Positions 15,722 through 26,400 of a stretch of 64,000 bases of DNA are shown piece after piece (positions within the stretch are counted from its first letter, which is position 1; each line of letters begins with the position of its first letter). The notes under the pieces are model-generated. The model was given only the letters and a program-made list of their open reading frames with translations. It ran no database searches and was not told the origin of the DNA. A program made the translations under genes and the position numbers. Source of the DNA: Oleiphilus sp. (lineage in GTDB: Bacteria > Pseudomonadota > Gammaproteobacteria > Pseudomonadales > Oleiphilaceae); NCBI GenBank assembly GCA_048058835.1, contig JBLLNS010000008.1:56231-120230 (forward strand), written 5' to 3'.

Positions 15722-18700
15722 TCCTCGTTTGTGTTCAGTCGAGCGCGCAGGGTCTTCAATGCCTCATTTGCGCTGGTAAAATCAAAAAGATCAAGCGCAT
15801 CAATGATTTCCCGCAATACCCCTTCATGGCCTTTAACGGGCCATGAAGATAAGTAGTTCATCGCTGTATCCTGAGCATCTAATTCTTGGGCTTGAATTAA
15901 TTCGTCTAGGTCGTTTAATTTTTCTGCTAACTCCGCTTCGTCAAATAATTCAGCCTCTGAGATATCGGCATCTAGCTCTTCTCCCGCAGACTGCGTCAAC
16001 ACATCTTTCATACTCGCTAAGCAGTTATCCAGCTCAGTGGTGTAGTCAGTTAGGATTTGTTGGATGGAATTTGTGTTGAGTTGTTTGCTGTGTTCCAGTT
16101 TTCCGGCAAGCTCTGCTAAGGGTTCTGCAGCGAGATTACTGCTGACGCCTTTAATTTTGTGTGCCAAAGCTTCAATTTTGTCTAAGTCTGATGAGACGAG
16201 ATATGACTGAAATGATGTGGCACTGTCTTCATAATTGCGGATAAAGTCGGCTAAAAATTTTAAATACAAACGGGTATTTTGCTGGCAGCGAGCCAGTCCT
16301 TGGTTAATATTTAAGCTGGGTCTTTCTGCTGAACGCTGGGTTAAAAACTCATTGTCCTGCTGGGAGTGGATGTTTTCGTCTGAGTCGTGATTTTCAGGTT
16401 CCGCACGCGTCACTTCTTGTAAATAATCTTGTAACGATTCGCTGCTGTTATATTCCGCTTTTGCTATTGGCTGTGAGGCGTTCTCTGTCTCATTTTCGGT
16501 TTTTTTTGTAGATACTGCGTTACCCATATCTTGCTCTAAGGAGGCGATAAATTTTAAAGAAGCATCATTAAGTTTAGAGCCCGTACTTTGGGGTAAGTCC
16601 TGCGAAATCAATTGGTCGATTTCCTGATTCTGGTTACTCGCTTCGACATTAGGAGTGGAGGCACCGGATTTCGATAGACTGACCCATTTGCTGATTGCAT
16701 CAAACATCTCATCTGGATCAATGGGTTTGGTGATGTAATCATTCATACCTGCGGCAAGACATTTATTTTTATCGCCTGTCATGGCATTCGCCGTCATGGC
16801 AATAATGGGCAGTCGCGGATTAAACTTCCTGATCATTTCTGTCGCTTGGCAGCCATCAAGCACCGGCATTTGCATATCCATTAAGACAACATCAAAATTC
16901 TCCTGTTCAACCATGTCGACTGCTTCTTGACCGTTATTCGCTACCGACGTGTGGATGTGTTTTTTAGAAAGAATTTCAATTGCCAATTCCTGGTTCATTT
17001 TCACATCTTCAACTAATAAGAGGTTGAGACCTTTAAACTGAAAATTGCTTGGGACAGGCGCATTGTTGATTTGGCTATCACGGCGATCTTTAAAAATTTC
17101 CTCAATGACCTGAGCTAGCTCCGAAATCTTTAATGGTTTAAGCATGTATGCATCTATACCGGCTTCTATGACTTTATGTTTTGCATCATCTTGGTCGTAA
17201 CCAGTGATCAACACCATGCGAGGGTTCGTTATCTTAGGGTTATCTTTAATCATCTGGCAGCATTGAATGCCGTCAATATCGGGCATTAGCCAGTCTGCCA
17301 TTAGCATGTCATAGGGTAGGCCTTGTTCCTGTTTGGTGATTAGCTCTTGAATGGTTTCTTCGGCATTGCTCACACAAGTGACATGATGGCCTAAGGATAA
17401 CAATACTTTTTCAATGAGTTCCCGCGACACACGCTGATCATCGACTACCAGGACATTCAAGGGTAACTGGTGATAAATAAAGTGCGGGTTAGTTCTATGC
17501 CGGCGGTCTTGCAAGTTGCAGCATAAGGTAAAGGAAAATGTACTGCCTTCTCCCGGGGTGCTTTCGACAGAGACTTCGCCACCCATCATTTCAACCAGTT
17601 GCTTAGATATACTTAAGCCTAAACCTGTCCCGCCAAAGCGACGTGTGGTCGAATCATCGGCCTGCGTAAAGGATGAAAACAGGGTTTTAAGTTTATCTTC
17701 AGGGATGCCGATGCCGGTATCGATAATACGACCACTGAGGTTGATCGACATGTCTCGTTTATTCAAGGAAAGTAATTCTATTTCAACGGTGATACTACCT
17801 TCGGTCGTAAACTTGACGGCATTGTTCGTGAGGTTCAATAAGACTTGACCAATTCTCAAGGGGTCACCCACTAACTGGTCTGGAATATCCTCATCGACCA
17901 CTATGTTCAGGGCCAAACCTTTGGCTTCGACATTGACCGAGACGATATCCGTTAAATTACTTAATACTTCTTTTAAGCTGAATGGAATCTCTTCTATTTC
18001 AAGTTTGCCTGCTTCTATTTTGGAAAAGTCTAGAATGTCATTAATGATACCCAGCAAGTTTGAGGATGCCATGCGAATTTTTTGTAAATAATTACTTAAT
18101 TGCAGGTCTTTGTTCCTATCGAGTGCTAAGTCGGTAAAGCCAATAATAGCGTTCATCGGTGTACGAATTTCATGGCTCATATTGGCTAAAAATAAACTTT
18201 TTGCTTCAGTAGACGCTTCTGCCATGCGTTGTTGTTTTTCTGCTTGTTGTCTCTTTTTGGTTTCGGTGATGTCCGCCATGGTGCCTTCATAGTGCATGGC
18301 CATACCGTGCTTATTATTAATTTTTTGAATGGAAATTGAGATCCAGCGGGTTTCTTTTGAAGGGAGTTTTATGCTGGTTTCGAAGCCTGACAGGGCTTCA
18401 TCTCTATCGAGCACTGCTTTGAATTTCTTTTGCTCATTGTCGGATAAACAAGCAAGAGAAAAGGGGGTATGTGGTTGTGCCAAGAGTAGGTCTATATCGT
18501 CACTCCCGACAATTTTTGCAAAGGCTTGGTTGGCGTTTAATAAACGGCCAGATAGGTCGACTTGGAAAATACCTTCCAGTGCATTTTCGAACAGTGAACG
18601 ATATTTCTTTTCGGCACTTTTCACGGCGTTTAATGAGAAAGCTTGTTCCGCTTCATGTTTTTTACGGGCTTGGAAAAAGCGGTCAGATTGAGCGAGGGTC

Positions 18701-19848
18701 AGGAAGATAGCAATGCAGGCAAAACCAAGTTCTTGTGCCCAAATGGCAAAGTTATTTGATGGAATAAGGCCGAGAGACTTTAAGGCGAAGGTGACCGCGC
18801 CGATAAATAAGGCCATCCAACCGATCAGGTAATAGCGTGCCGACTTATTGCCTTTATAGAAACTAATTGCGCCTGCCACAAAAGCCGCGACTGACATGAC
18901 AATGGCGAAAACCGTACTTATTCTGATGACAGAAGCATAGCTCAGTACCAGCGAAGACACGGCGACCAAAATACAGAAAGACGATAAAACGATAATGATT
19001 TTATCGATCAATGTGGAGATGTTCTTTAAGTCCAAAAACTCACGACTATAAAACAAAGCAAAGCCAAAACAAATATTGAGAAAAAATGGAATGGACACAC
19101 TTTGCATCCATAAATTATTTGGCCATAAATATTGGAAGGCAAAACCGTTGATACTAGTTGAATAACCTAATGAGCAAAAGATACCGATCGCAATGAAGAG
19201 GTACATTCTTTCTCGAAGAAATACAGCATTGATCAAACAGTAAATAGTCGCTAGAAAAACAATGCCATAAATAAATCCATATATGATTAACTTACCGTCC
19301 ATAATTTCGGTAAAGGTATTTTTCGGTAACATGTTGAGGGCTATGTACATGGAACTTTCGGTCTGAAAGCGGAGATAAAACGTCTGTGTCGAATTAGCCG
19401 GAGAGGAAATAGGGAAAGCCACGTTTCTATAATTAATGGGTCTCTGCTCGAATGGGTATTGATCGCCCGCAACCTGCATAGCGTATTCGCCATCATTTGA
19501 GGGTTGATAAAACTCAATAAAGTCGATAATTGGGTAATCTATTTCCAAGATCCAAGCATGCTTCACATCGTCTGTGTTTTGAACGGAAAACTTGACCCAA
19601 TAGACAGACTTGGTAAAGCCGCCAATAATGTTTGGACCATCCACCTGCGTCCAGTCCTGCTTCTGTCTGACCTCATCAAAGCTAAGCTCGCCCGCCGTGT
19701 CTTCAATGAACGACATATGTGGCCCCAAGGCTTGAGCGGAGGTATTTTCTTCTATGATGACAACTTGTGATAAGGCCTTACTCATGAAAACCAACATAAG
19801 TAAGACAATTGACAAAGACGGGCGCAGTATGCGCTGAGCAGACATCAT
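15718..19848 (-). CDS. Hybrid sensor histidine kinase: 7TMR-DISM sensor, PAS, HisKA/HATPase, two receiver domains and a C-terminal Hpt
   Basis: A periplasmic N-domain and 7 predicted TM helices are followed by the H-box SHEIRTPMNAI, N/G boxes (NLTNNAVKFT, GTGLGLSI), two receiver domains with the DxxMPxxDG motif, and Hpt (HKIKGVSSNLAA). The start is set at ATG 19848 after AGGAGA. Confidence 0.9.
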   Translation of the reverse strand: MMSAQRILRPSLSIVLLMLVFMSKALSQVVIIEENTSAQALGPHMSFIEDTAGELSFDEVRQKQDWTQVDGPNIIGGFTKSVYWVKFSVQNTDDVKHAWILEIDYPIIDFIEFYQPSNDGEYAMQVAGDQYPFEQRPINYRNVAFPISSPANSTQTFYLRFQTESSMYIALNMLPKNTFTEIMDGKLIIYGFIYGIVFLATIYCLINAVFLRERMYLFIAIGIFCSLGYSTSINGFAFQYLWPNNLWMQSVSIPFFLNICFGFALFYSREFLDLKNISTLIDKIIIVLSSFCILVAVSSLVLSYASVIRISTVFAIVMSVAAFVAGAISFYKGNKSARYYLIGWMALFIGAVTFALKSLGLIPSNNFAIWAQELGFACIAIFLTLAQSDRFFQARKKHEAEQAFSLNAVKSAEKKYRSLFENALEGIFQVDLSGRLLNANQAFAKIVGSDDIDLLLAQPHTPFSLACLSDNEQKKFKAVLDRDEALSGFETSIKLPSKETRWISISIQKINNKHGMAMHYEGTMADITETKKRQQAEKQQRMAEASTEAKSLFLANMSHEIRTPMNAIIGFTDLALDRNKDLQLSNYLQKIRMASSNLLGIINDILDFSKIEAGKLEIEEIPFSLKEVLSNLTDIVSVNVEAKGLALNIVVDEDIPDQLVGDPLRIGQVLLNLTNNAVKFTTEGSITVEIELLSLNKRDMSINLSGRIIDTGIGIPEDKLKTLFSSFTQADDSTTRRFGGTGLGLSISKQLVEMMGGEVSVESTPGEGSTFSFTLCCNLQDRRHRTNPHFIYHQLPLNVLVVDDQRVSRELIEKVLLSLGHHVTCVSNAEETIQELITKQEQGLPYDMLMADWLMPDIDGIQCCQMIKDNPKITNPRMVLITGYDQDDAKHKVIEAGIDAYMLKPLKISELAQVIEEIFKDRRDSQINNAPVPSNFQFKGLNLLLVEDVKMNQELAIEILSKKHIHTSVANNGQEAVDMVEQENFDVVLMDMQMPVLDGCQATEMIRKFNPRLPIIAMTANAMTGDKNKCLAAGMNDYITKPIDPDEMFDAISKWVSLSKSGASTPNVEASNQNQEIDQLISQDLPQSTGSKLNDASLKFIASLEQDMGNAVSTKKTENETENASQPIAKAEYNSSESLQDYLQEVTRAEPENHDSDENIHSQQDNEFLTQRSAERPSLNINQGLARCQQNTRLYLKFLADFIRNYEDSATSFQSYLVSSDLDKIEALAHKIKGVSSNLAAEPLAELAGKLEHSKQLNTNSIQQILTDYTTELDNCLASMKDVLTQSAGEELDADISEAELFDEAELAEKLNDLDELIQAQELDAQDTAMNYLSSWPVKGHEGVLREIIDALDLFDFTSANEALKTLRARLNTNED

Positions 19849-20141
19849 GATGAAAACAACTCTCCTAAGTAATGAGTTGAGCAACGAAAGTTTTAAACAC
19901 GTTTAAACAGTATAGTGAGAGTTCTTTTTTTTGCCTGTCTTGCTTGGAAATACTGCAAACTTGAGTACGTGGAAAAGTAAAACGTTAACCAAGAAATGCG
20001 CTCAGAAATACACTAGATTTGAGATTATGGTCTACACTTTAGGTGAGTGAAGCGGTGTTCGAAATCTATCCTTTTCAGCAAAGGAAATGCTTAAAAGATA
20101 ACTGCTTTGAGACATGCATTAAAACTAGATAGGAATAGCGT

Positions 20142-21230
20142 GTGCGTAAGGACTCTATTTTAATTGTTGACGATGAACCTACCAATATTCGCCTCCTTAC
20201 AGAGGTGCTTAAACCCCATTATGTGCTGAAAATTGCGACCAGTGGGGCACAGACACTGGCTTTACTTGAGCAAGATTCAGCCAGCATTGACCTCATTTTG
20301 TTGGATGTAAATATGCCTGAAATGTCTGGCATTGAGGTTATCGATAAAATTAAACAACAAACGGATTGGCAAGATATCCCGGTGATTTTCGTTACCGCAC
20401 TGAATCAAGAGTGTGATGAAGCGGAAGGTTTAAAAAGAGGCGCTGTAGACTACATCACCAAACCTATTTCGGCGGCAATCGTCAAAGCTCGAATTGAAAC
20501 ACAGTTGACCTTACGACGCGCCAAAGTAGCATTATCTGAACAAAACAAAATATTGGAACAAAAGGTTTTAGAGCGTACCCAAGAGATAAGTTATACCCAA
20601 GACGTGATCATTAATGCCTTAACCTCATTGGCTGAAACACGCGACAAAGAAACTGGCAGCCATATTATTCGTACGCAATATTATGTGAAAATTTTAGCCG
20701 AACTTATCCGGGACCTACCGGAATATTGTGAGGAGTTAGACGACGCCACAATTGAGGCCATGTTTAAAACTGCACCCCTACATGATGTCGGTAAGGTTGG
20801 TATTCCTGATAAAGTATTACTTAAGCCCGGCAAGTTAGATGCTGAAGAATGGGATATCATGCGCACACACGCCAAGCTAGGTGGCGATGCGCTGAAACAG
20901 GCGAGAGAGTCGGTGCAAGGCCGAGGTGCCCAGTTTTTAAAATATGCGGAAGAGATTGCTTATGGCCACCATGAAAAATGGGATGGCTCTGGTTATCCTT
21001 TAGGGCTTGTGGGTAATGCTATTCCAACCTCTGCCAGGTTAATGGCGATCGCGGATGTGTATGATGCCTTGCTCTCTAAACGCTGCTACAAAGAGGCGTT
21101 TTCACATGCTAAGGCGCTTTCCATTATGGAAGAAGGTAAGGGCTCGCACTTCGACCCCGTAATGTTAGAGGTCTTTTTGAAAAATGAGCATTTATTTTTT
21201 GAAATAGCCGAAAAGTATAATGATGGCTAA
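20142..21230 (+). CDS. Response regulator with HD-GYP output domain (RpfG-type c-di-GMP phosphodiesterase)
   Basis: The receiver domain (ILIVDDEP...LLDVNMPEMSG...KP) is followed by HDVGKVGIPD and HHEKWDGSGYP motifs. The start codon is GTG. Confidence 0.9.
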   Translation: MRKDSILIVDDEPTNIRLLTEVLKPHYVLKIATSGAQTLALLEQDSASIDLILLDVNMPEMSGIEVIDKIKQQTDWQDIPVIFVTALNQECDEAEGLKRGAVDYITKPISAAIVKARIETQLTLRRAKVALSEQNKILEQKVLERTQEISYTQDVIINALTSLAETRDKETGSHIIRTQYYVKILAELIRDLPEYCEELDDATIEAMFKTAPLHDVGKVGIPDKVLLKPGKLDAEEWDIMRTHAKLGGDALKQARESVQGRGAQFLKYAEEIAYGHHEKWDGSGYPLGLVGNAIPTSARLMAIADVYDALLSKRCYKEAFSHAKALSIMEEGKGSHFDPVMLEVFLKNEHLFFEIAEKYNDG

Positions 21231-21274
21231 TGAAACAGGCTAAGCCTGCTGAGTTAAATCTCGATTAGGAAGTC

Positions 21275-22066
21275 TTATTGAATGGCGGTAAGCGTTTTCG
21301 CTATATTTTTGTCAATAATTTTCTCATACGTGCCATCAGCTTTGATCTCGGCTATCGCCTGATTAATCACGGGTAACAGATGACTTTTATTCATCGATTT
21401 CGGGATGCCGAGAAAATTAGGGTCACTTTTATAAGGCGGATCTAATATAACAAAATCTTCGCGATTGTTAGACAACCAAGCATTTCTGGCAATGACTAAT
21501 TCCAAGGCAATTCGGCCCGGACTTACTAACACCACATCAACACGGTTGGCAGTCAGCATGCGCATTTGGCCCGCTCGGTCGGTTGTTTCTACCGCTTTAA
21601 AGTAGCCTTTTTTTCTAGCATCTTCAAAATCATCGCCATAACTGGCGCCGCTTTTGATAGCTAACCGGCGGCCATCTAGGCTTTGTAGGTTAGTGAACTT
21701 AAACTGCTTCACTTTAGTGGTGACTAAAACCAACTCATCAAAAAACATGGGTTCTGAATAGTCCCATTTTTTTTCACGTTGACTGGTTTTTGAAAAACCA
21801 ATGATTGCGCCTTTTCCTATTTCACTGAGTGCGAATGCTCGTTTCCAAGGGTAGAGATTATAAGTGAAGTCGATTGACGTTCTGGCAGACACTTCATTCA
21901 GCAAATCGATCATAATTCCTTGCGCTTGTTTGTTTGAATCTAACCAGTTTTTTGGGGCGGCTTTGAAATCGCCAACGATGGGCAAAAGCTCTCTTTCCTT
22001 GGCGCTGGAATGACAGTAGGTGGCTGTGAGAAAGATACAAAGAAAACTAACTAGAATGTATTTCAT
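21275..22066 (-). CDS. Orphan periplasmic solute-binding protein (SBP family 3)
   Basis: It has a signal peptide and a PWKR motif and is a paralog type of 9639..10406. No transporter genes are adjacent. Confidence 0.75.
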   Translation of the reverse strand: MKYILVSFLCIFLTATYCHSSAKERELLPIVGDFKAAPKNWLDSNKQAQGIMIDLLNEVSARTSIDFTYNLYPWKRAFALSEIGKGAIIGFSKTSQREKKWDYSEPMFFDELVLVTTKVKQFKFTNLQSLDGRRLAIKSGASYGDDFEDARKKGYFKAVETTDRAGQMRMLTANRVDVVLVSPGRIALELVIARNAWLSNNREDFVILDPPYKSDPNFLGIPKSMNKSHLLPVINQAIAEIKADGTYEKIIDKNIAKTLTAIQ

Positions 22067-22235
22067 ATGAGAGCCAGAAAATGTTTTTGGAACGTATCAA
22101 TATAGCTTATAAATTAGCCAAATAGGAGTTGATTTTATAACTGGACCCCAATTTTTTCACTGGTGTCAGATTGAACTAATCTTTTTCTATGTTTAAATCG
22201 TATAGGTCAGTGAGTTTTATAAAAAGGCAGGCTTT

Positions 22236-22817
22236 ATGATTATTCCTTTTTTCGGCCAAGACGTCGTTGTTAATAAAAAACCAGCTAATCGTTCACAATT
22301 GTTACTTATGCTTAGCTTGGTGCTTCTTTTAGCATCCTGTACAACGGGGACGTGGCGTGAAGCAAGCAGACAGTCTGCGAATATTGCGCCAAACCCAGCT
22401 TTAACTAAAGAAGCCCTTATTCATGTTTATGCTGCTGATGCTTGGGGTTGGCGAGGGCTTTTTGCGGTACATACCTGGTTTGCAGTTAAACCAAAAAATG
22501 CTGACAGCTATACTGTCTTGGAAGTAATCGGCTGGCGACAAAAAAGAGGCTTGCCGGTTTTGCGTGTTGAACAAGACATCCCCGACCGGTATTGGTTTGG
22601 TAGTAAACCCGATTTAATTTTGGAGAAGCGTGGCGAAGGAGTTGATGAATTAATTAATGCAATCTATTACTGGTCCGAACAATATCCTTGGGCAGACAGG
22701 TATCAGGTGTTTCCGGGCCCGAATAGCAATACATACCCTGCTTGGATCGCGAAAAAAGTGCCCGAGCTTGGTTTAGAACTGCCATTTCGAGCGATTGGGA
22801 GTGGCTGGGAAAATTAA
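22236..22817 (+). CDS. DUF3750-like lipoprotein
   Basis: The lipobox is LLLASC. The HTWF...VLEVIGW and FPGPNSNTYPAW motifs are as I recall them for DUF3750. Confidence 0.6.
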   Translation: MIIPFFGQDVVVNKKPANRSQLLLMLSLVLLLASCTTGTWREASRQSANIAPNPALTKEALIHVYAADAWGWRGLFAVHTWFAVKPKNADSYTVLEVIGWRQKRGLPVLRVEQDIPDRYWFGSKPDLILEKRGEGVDELINAIYYWSEQYPWADRYQVFPGPNSNTYPAWIAKKVPELGLELPFRAIGSGWEN

Positions 22818-23341
22818 GCCACTCTCGTTTTTAGATTAACCATTGAGCTCAGTGTTAGGATAAACGATAGGAACATTGCTAAGGCGCTGGCGTAATAAAG
22901 CGATTCTGCCATGGTAATGCCAAATAAGATTTCGGGGGACTCACCGCATGCCGCGCGTACTTCAAACAGTGCGGGCATCCAGGCTTCAAGATCGAACCAA
23001 GGTGGTAAGCCTGCACTAAACATACAACCCGCTTCCTGCAGACCGACTTCAACATGATATAGCTCACGACATTTCAAGAATAAGTACACTGCCAAGACGT
23101 TCTGCAAAAAATAGGCGAGTAACCTAGGAATCTGGTAAGCCGAGAGAAATATCATAATGAATGCTAACAACATAATGCCAAGCATGATAATTCTGATGTG
23201 CACGCACAAGACGCATGGCTCCCATGCAAAGACATATTGATAAATTAATGCGATGGTCATAGCACTCGTGCTGAGAAGAAAAATGCTAATCCAAACGAGT
23301 TTGCGTTGCTCTAGTTTTAATAGATAGGAAAGAGCCGTCAT
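22814..23341 (-). CDS. dsbB: Disulfide bond formation protein B family (DsbB paralog)
   Basis: It has four TM segments, CVLC in the first periplasmic loop and a second Cys pair (GCMFSAG...RAACGE) in the second loop. Confidence 0.75.
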   Translation of the reverse strand: MTALSYLLKLEQRKLVWISIFLLSTSAMTIALIYQYVFAWEPCVLCVHIRIIMLGIMLLAFIMIFLSAYQIPRLLAYFLQNVLAVYLFLKCRELYHVEVGLQEAGCMFSAGLPPWFDLEAWMPALFEVRAACGESPEILFGITMAESLYYASALAMFLSFILTLSSMVNLKTRVA

Positions 23342-23457
23342 TTAAGTGTTTCCATTGAATCTGCTGGTTGTTGTGAAGTGTGTTTTATTGATACATCACC
23401 AAGTGCATCATTGAGTGTACCGAAGCGCTTGAAAAAGTCATCTAACAAATATTCCAT
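23338..23457 (-). CDS. Possible 39-aa upstream ORF coupled to dsbB
   Basis: MEYLLDDFFKRFGTLNDALGDVSIKHTSQQPADSMETLK. Its TGA overlaps the dsbB ATG (ATGA). It is below the ORF-track cutoff and has no recognisable family. Confidence 0.2.
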   Translation of the reverse strand: MEYLLDDFFKRFGTLNDALGDVSIKHTSQQPADSMETLK

Positions 23458-23495
23458 GCTTTTGATGTTCGATTTCTCAGAAAAGGGTTCGTCAC

Positions 23496-26400
23496 CTAGT
23501 TATTAATTTCCCGCCAATAAATAATTGTATCGTGTCCTCGGTATTGGCCAAATATAGCGGTGGCAGTCGGGTTGGTATCGGCTGTGGACGCGTCGTTGTC
23601 CCAATCAAAGCGTAGCCAGCTATCAACTTGATACTCAAGGCCGACACTGCCTAGGTTGTTTTCACCCGGTGACGACAAGCGGATTTGGTCGACACGTGCT
23701 GCTTCCCCTGATCCTAGGGTGCCGCTACCACTTGGGGTTGTGCTTCCGCCACTGAGTGATTCTGTATCAATCAAATTTGCGGCGCTAAATGAGGAACAAT
23801 CATCGCTGGTATTTGTGACAAAACTCGACCCATTCCAACTTTCTATGCGCATGGGTATGCCCAAACTCTGAGTTTCTGGGCCAAAGGCGTTATCCATGGC
23901 CCAACGTCCATAGCGTAATTGAATACCGCTGGGCTCGATATCATAGGGTTCCGCATTCGATCCGACGCTATCAGAATCTTCAATATCGGTAATTTGTACT
24001 TTTACACCGGTATTCACAGGCGCCACTAAAGAATTTGCATCACGGTTATAAGTAAAGCGATCCGTGTTTAAAAAGGTATATAACATGTTGCCTGCAGAAC
24101 TTGTGGTGAAGCTCGCTGGGATTAGGGCGCTTGAGGTAATCGTTAGTTCATTGGCGCCATCTTGTCCAAGTGCAGTTTCATCTTCACTGGGAAAGAAACG
24201 GCTTACATCTGTTGGCGATAGCTTCATGTAGCCAGACTCAGTGTAGTTTTGAGTGGCTTCATTATTGGCGTTTCTGGCTTGAATCAGCACCGTGGGCAAA
24301 CTGGCATACGCAATTTCTTGCCCAATATAGGAAAAGTCTGGATCACTGGATGGTGAGCAAAAAGGCGATAAACTACCGGATGTGGTAGACACTTCAAAAT
24401 GATCAGGAATAAAGCGACCAATATTGAGTGATGATGCAGTTATTTCTTCCCCAAAATAATCTTGATCCTTGAAATGCAGTCGGGTTAAACCAACCTCAGA
24501 ATACCGTGCACCAGAGTAGCTATATATCCCCGAAGTAAAGTCACTTGAAGGGATTTCGGCAGACTCCCAAGTGATGCTCGAATCATCGTCGCTGGTAAGT
24601 TCTTTTGTCGCGCTTATGTTCATGGTGCCGTCAACCGAGCTGCCACCCAATGGCCCGGTTCGTTGCAAATAGCTCATGATAGTGTCCGATGTTTGGTTCG
24701 GCGCATAATCACCGGCAAGGTTACCATCACTGCACAGCGCTAACAGGGATAGATCAAATGCTTGGCCAGCCGCATGTGTTGTTCCTGTGCTGTTTGAGGC
24801 TCCCGTAATGGAGGTTGCACCACTTCTTGCTTGTATCAGAAACTGCGAGGGTTTGCTGACAAATTCGTCGGTGCTGGCGGCCATTGCACTGAACTCAGAG
24901 CCATCATAGGGCGCAGTATCATAGCGAAAATTAAGATCCAAAAATTTAGCGGCATTGGAATAGCTGATATCGAAACTTGCCTCTCCATTGATGAATTCGA
25001 GTGTTAAGTTGTCTGCGGCGCTGGCATCTTGTGCACTGATATTTGTGCCTGCGACGGTTAAATTCTGCGAAAGCGTATCCGCTATATTGTCATCATCGAC
25101 CGTGGCTCGAAACCAGCTATCAAGCGTTTTGTTGCCATCAAAACCGGTAATGATTTCACATGCGCCGCCGGATGCGAAATCAGTTTGTCCATACGCGACC
25201 ATGGTCATTGTTGTGCTATCAGAACAGGCAAAACTGCTAGGTTCTGTTGTGACATTAAAGCCGAAAGCTCTAAAGTCAGTACCGGTAGCGGCTGTTGAAC
25301 TGACCGAAGCGGCGGTATCGTTTGCGGTCACTTGAACATTGGTATTTTCGTTATCAAAGTAAAGGTAGGTGGTGAGCACCCCTGAATCTGAAAAATCATA
25401 GGTCAGGCTGTTAATTTCGGTGCCCGCAGAGGCCGCATCATAAAATGTGCTGCCAGAAGGCCCGCTCAAATTAACCGTGCCGGTGTAGTCAGTTTTTACC
25501 GTTCCATCGACACAGCGTGCAGTAATATCGATTGCCGCGCGAGTATCTGGACACGCTAAACTATAGCTTGGCTGCGCGATATCAAAACTGCCCAAAACAC
25601 AGGAGGCACACGGCCTTGATTCGGCGGCATATTTTTGAATAGCGGCGGTAGATAGGGCGCGTTCAAATATTTTTACCTCATCGATGCTACCGTTGAAATC
25701 ACGAGACCGGTAGGCATAGTCAGTACCAATATGAAGTGGGATGCTGTTGTTAATTAAGGACTCATTTGTGTAGCTTTGGCTATTTGCTTCAACGCCATCA
25801 ACAAAAATCTTTTGGCTGCCTTCTGATCTGGAGTAGGTGATGGCGACATGATGCCATGTCCCAGTGCTAAGCGTGCTGGCATCTGATGTGAAGCTTCGGG
25901 AAGAACCGGAGCTATTATTCCACCACCAAAAAACGCGACCAGCTGTATCAAGATGAAACTCAAAATTGGTGTCTTTGGACACAATGGTCATTAGGTCGGA
26001 AGACGGCAAGGTGGCAGCATTGACCCAAGCCATGACCGTCAATTCGTCACTTATGTCTAAGATAGGGTCATCGGGAATTTCAATATAATCGCCCGTGCCA
26101 TCGAACAAAGCACCATTACAGACTTGGGCAGGATAGGCGCGAGCATCACCAACGGCCTGTCCATTCAAGCCACTGTTACTGCTATCGATAACTTCCCCAG
26201 CAGTGCCGTTCCAAGAGGGGCCCTCTAGTTGATAATTGGCGACTAAGGAAAAGTCAGCGTGAAAGGGCTCTGAAAATGCCATAAAGCCTGCGCTTTCAGT
26301 GGTGTGTGCATTGTCACGGTCTAGCGCCCAATCTTCTTCTATTTTTAAGCTAACTTGAGTATTGCTGGTTGCACAACGGCGTAACCAGCCACCATCGCCG

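Noticed and set aside
19892-19908. TTTAAAC direct repeat (19892-19898, 19902-19908) just upstream of the hybrid kinase gene
   Set aside because: It is a short AT-rich motif repeated once, it overlaps the likely RBS/5' UTR region, and there is no supporting partner site. There is insufficient evidence for a regulatory call.
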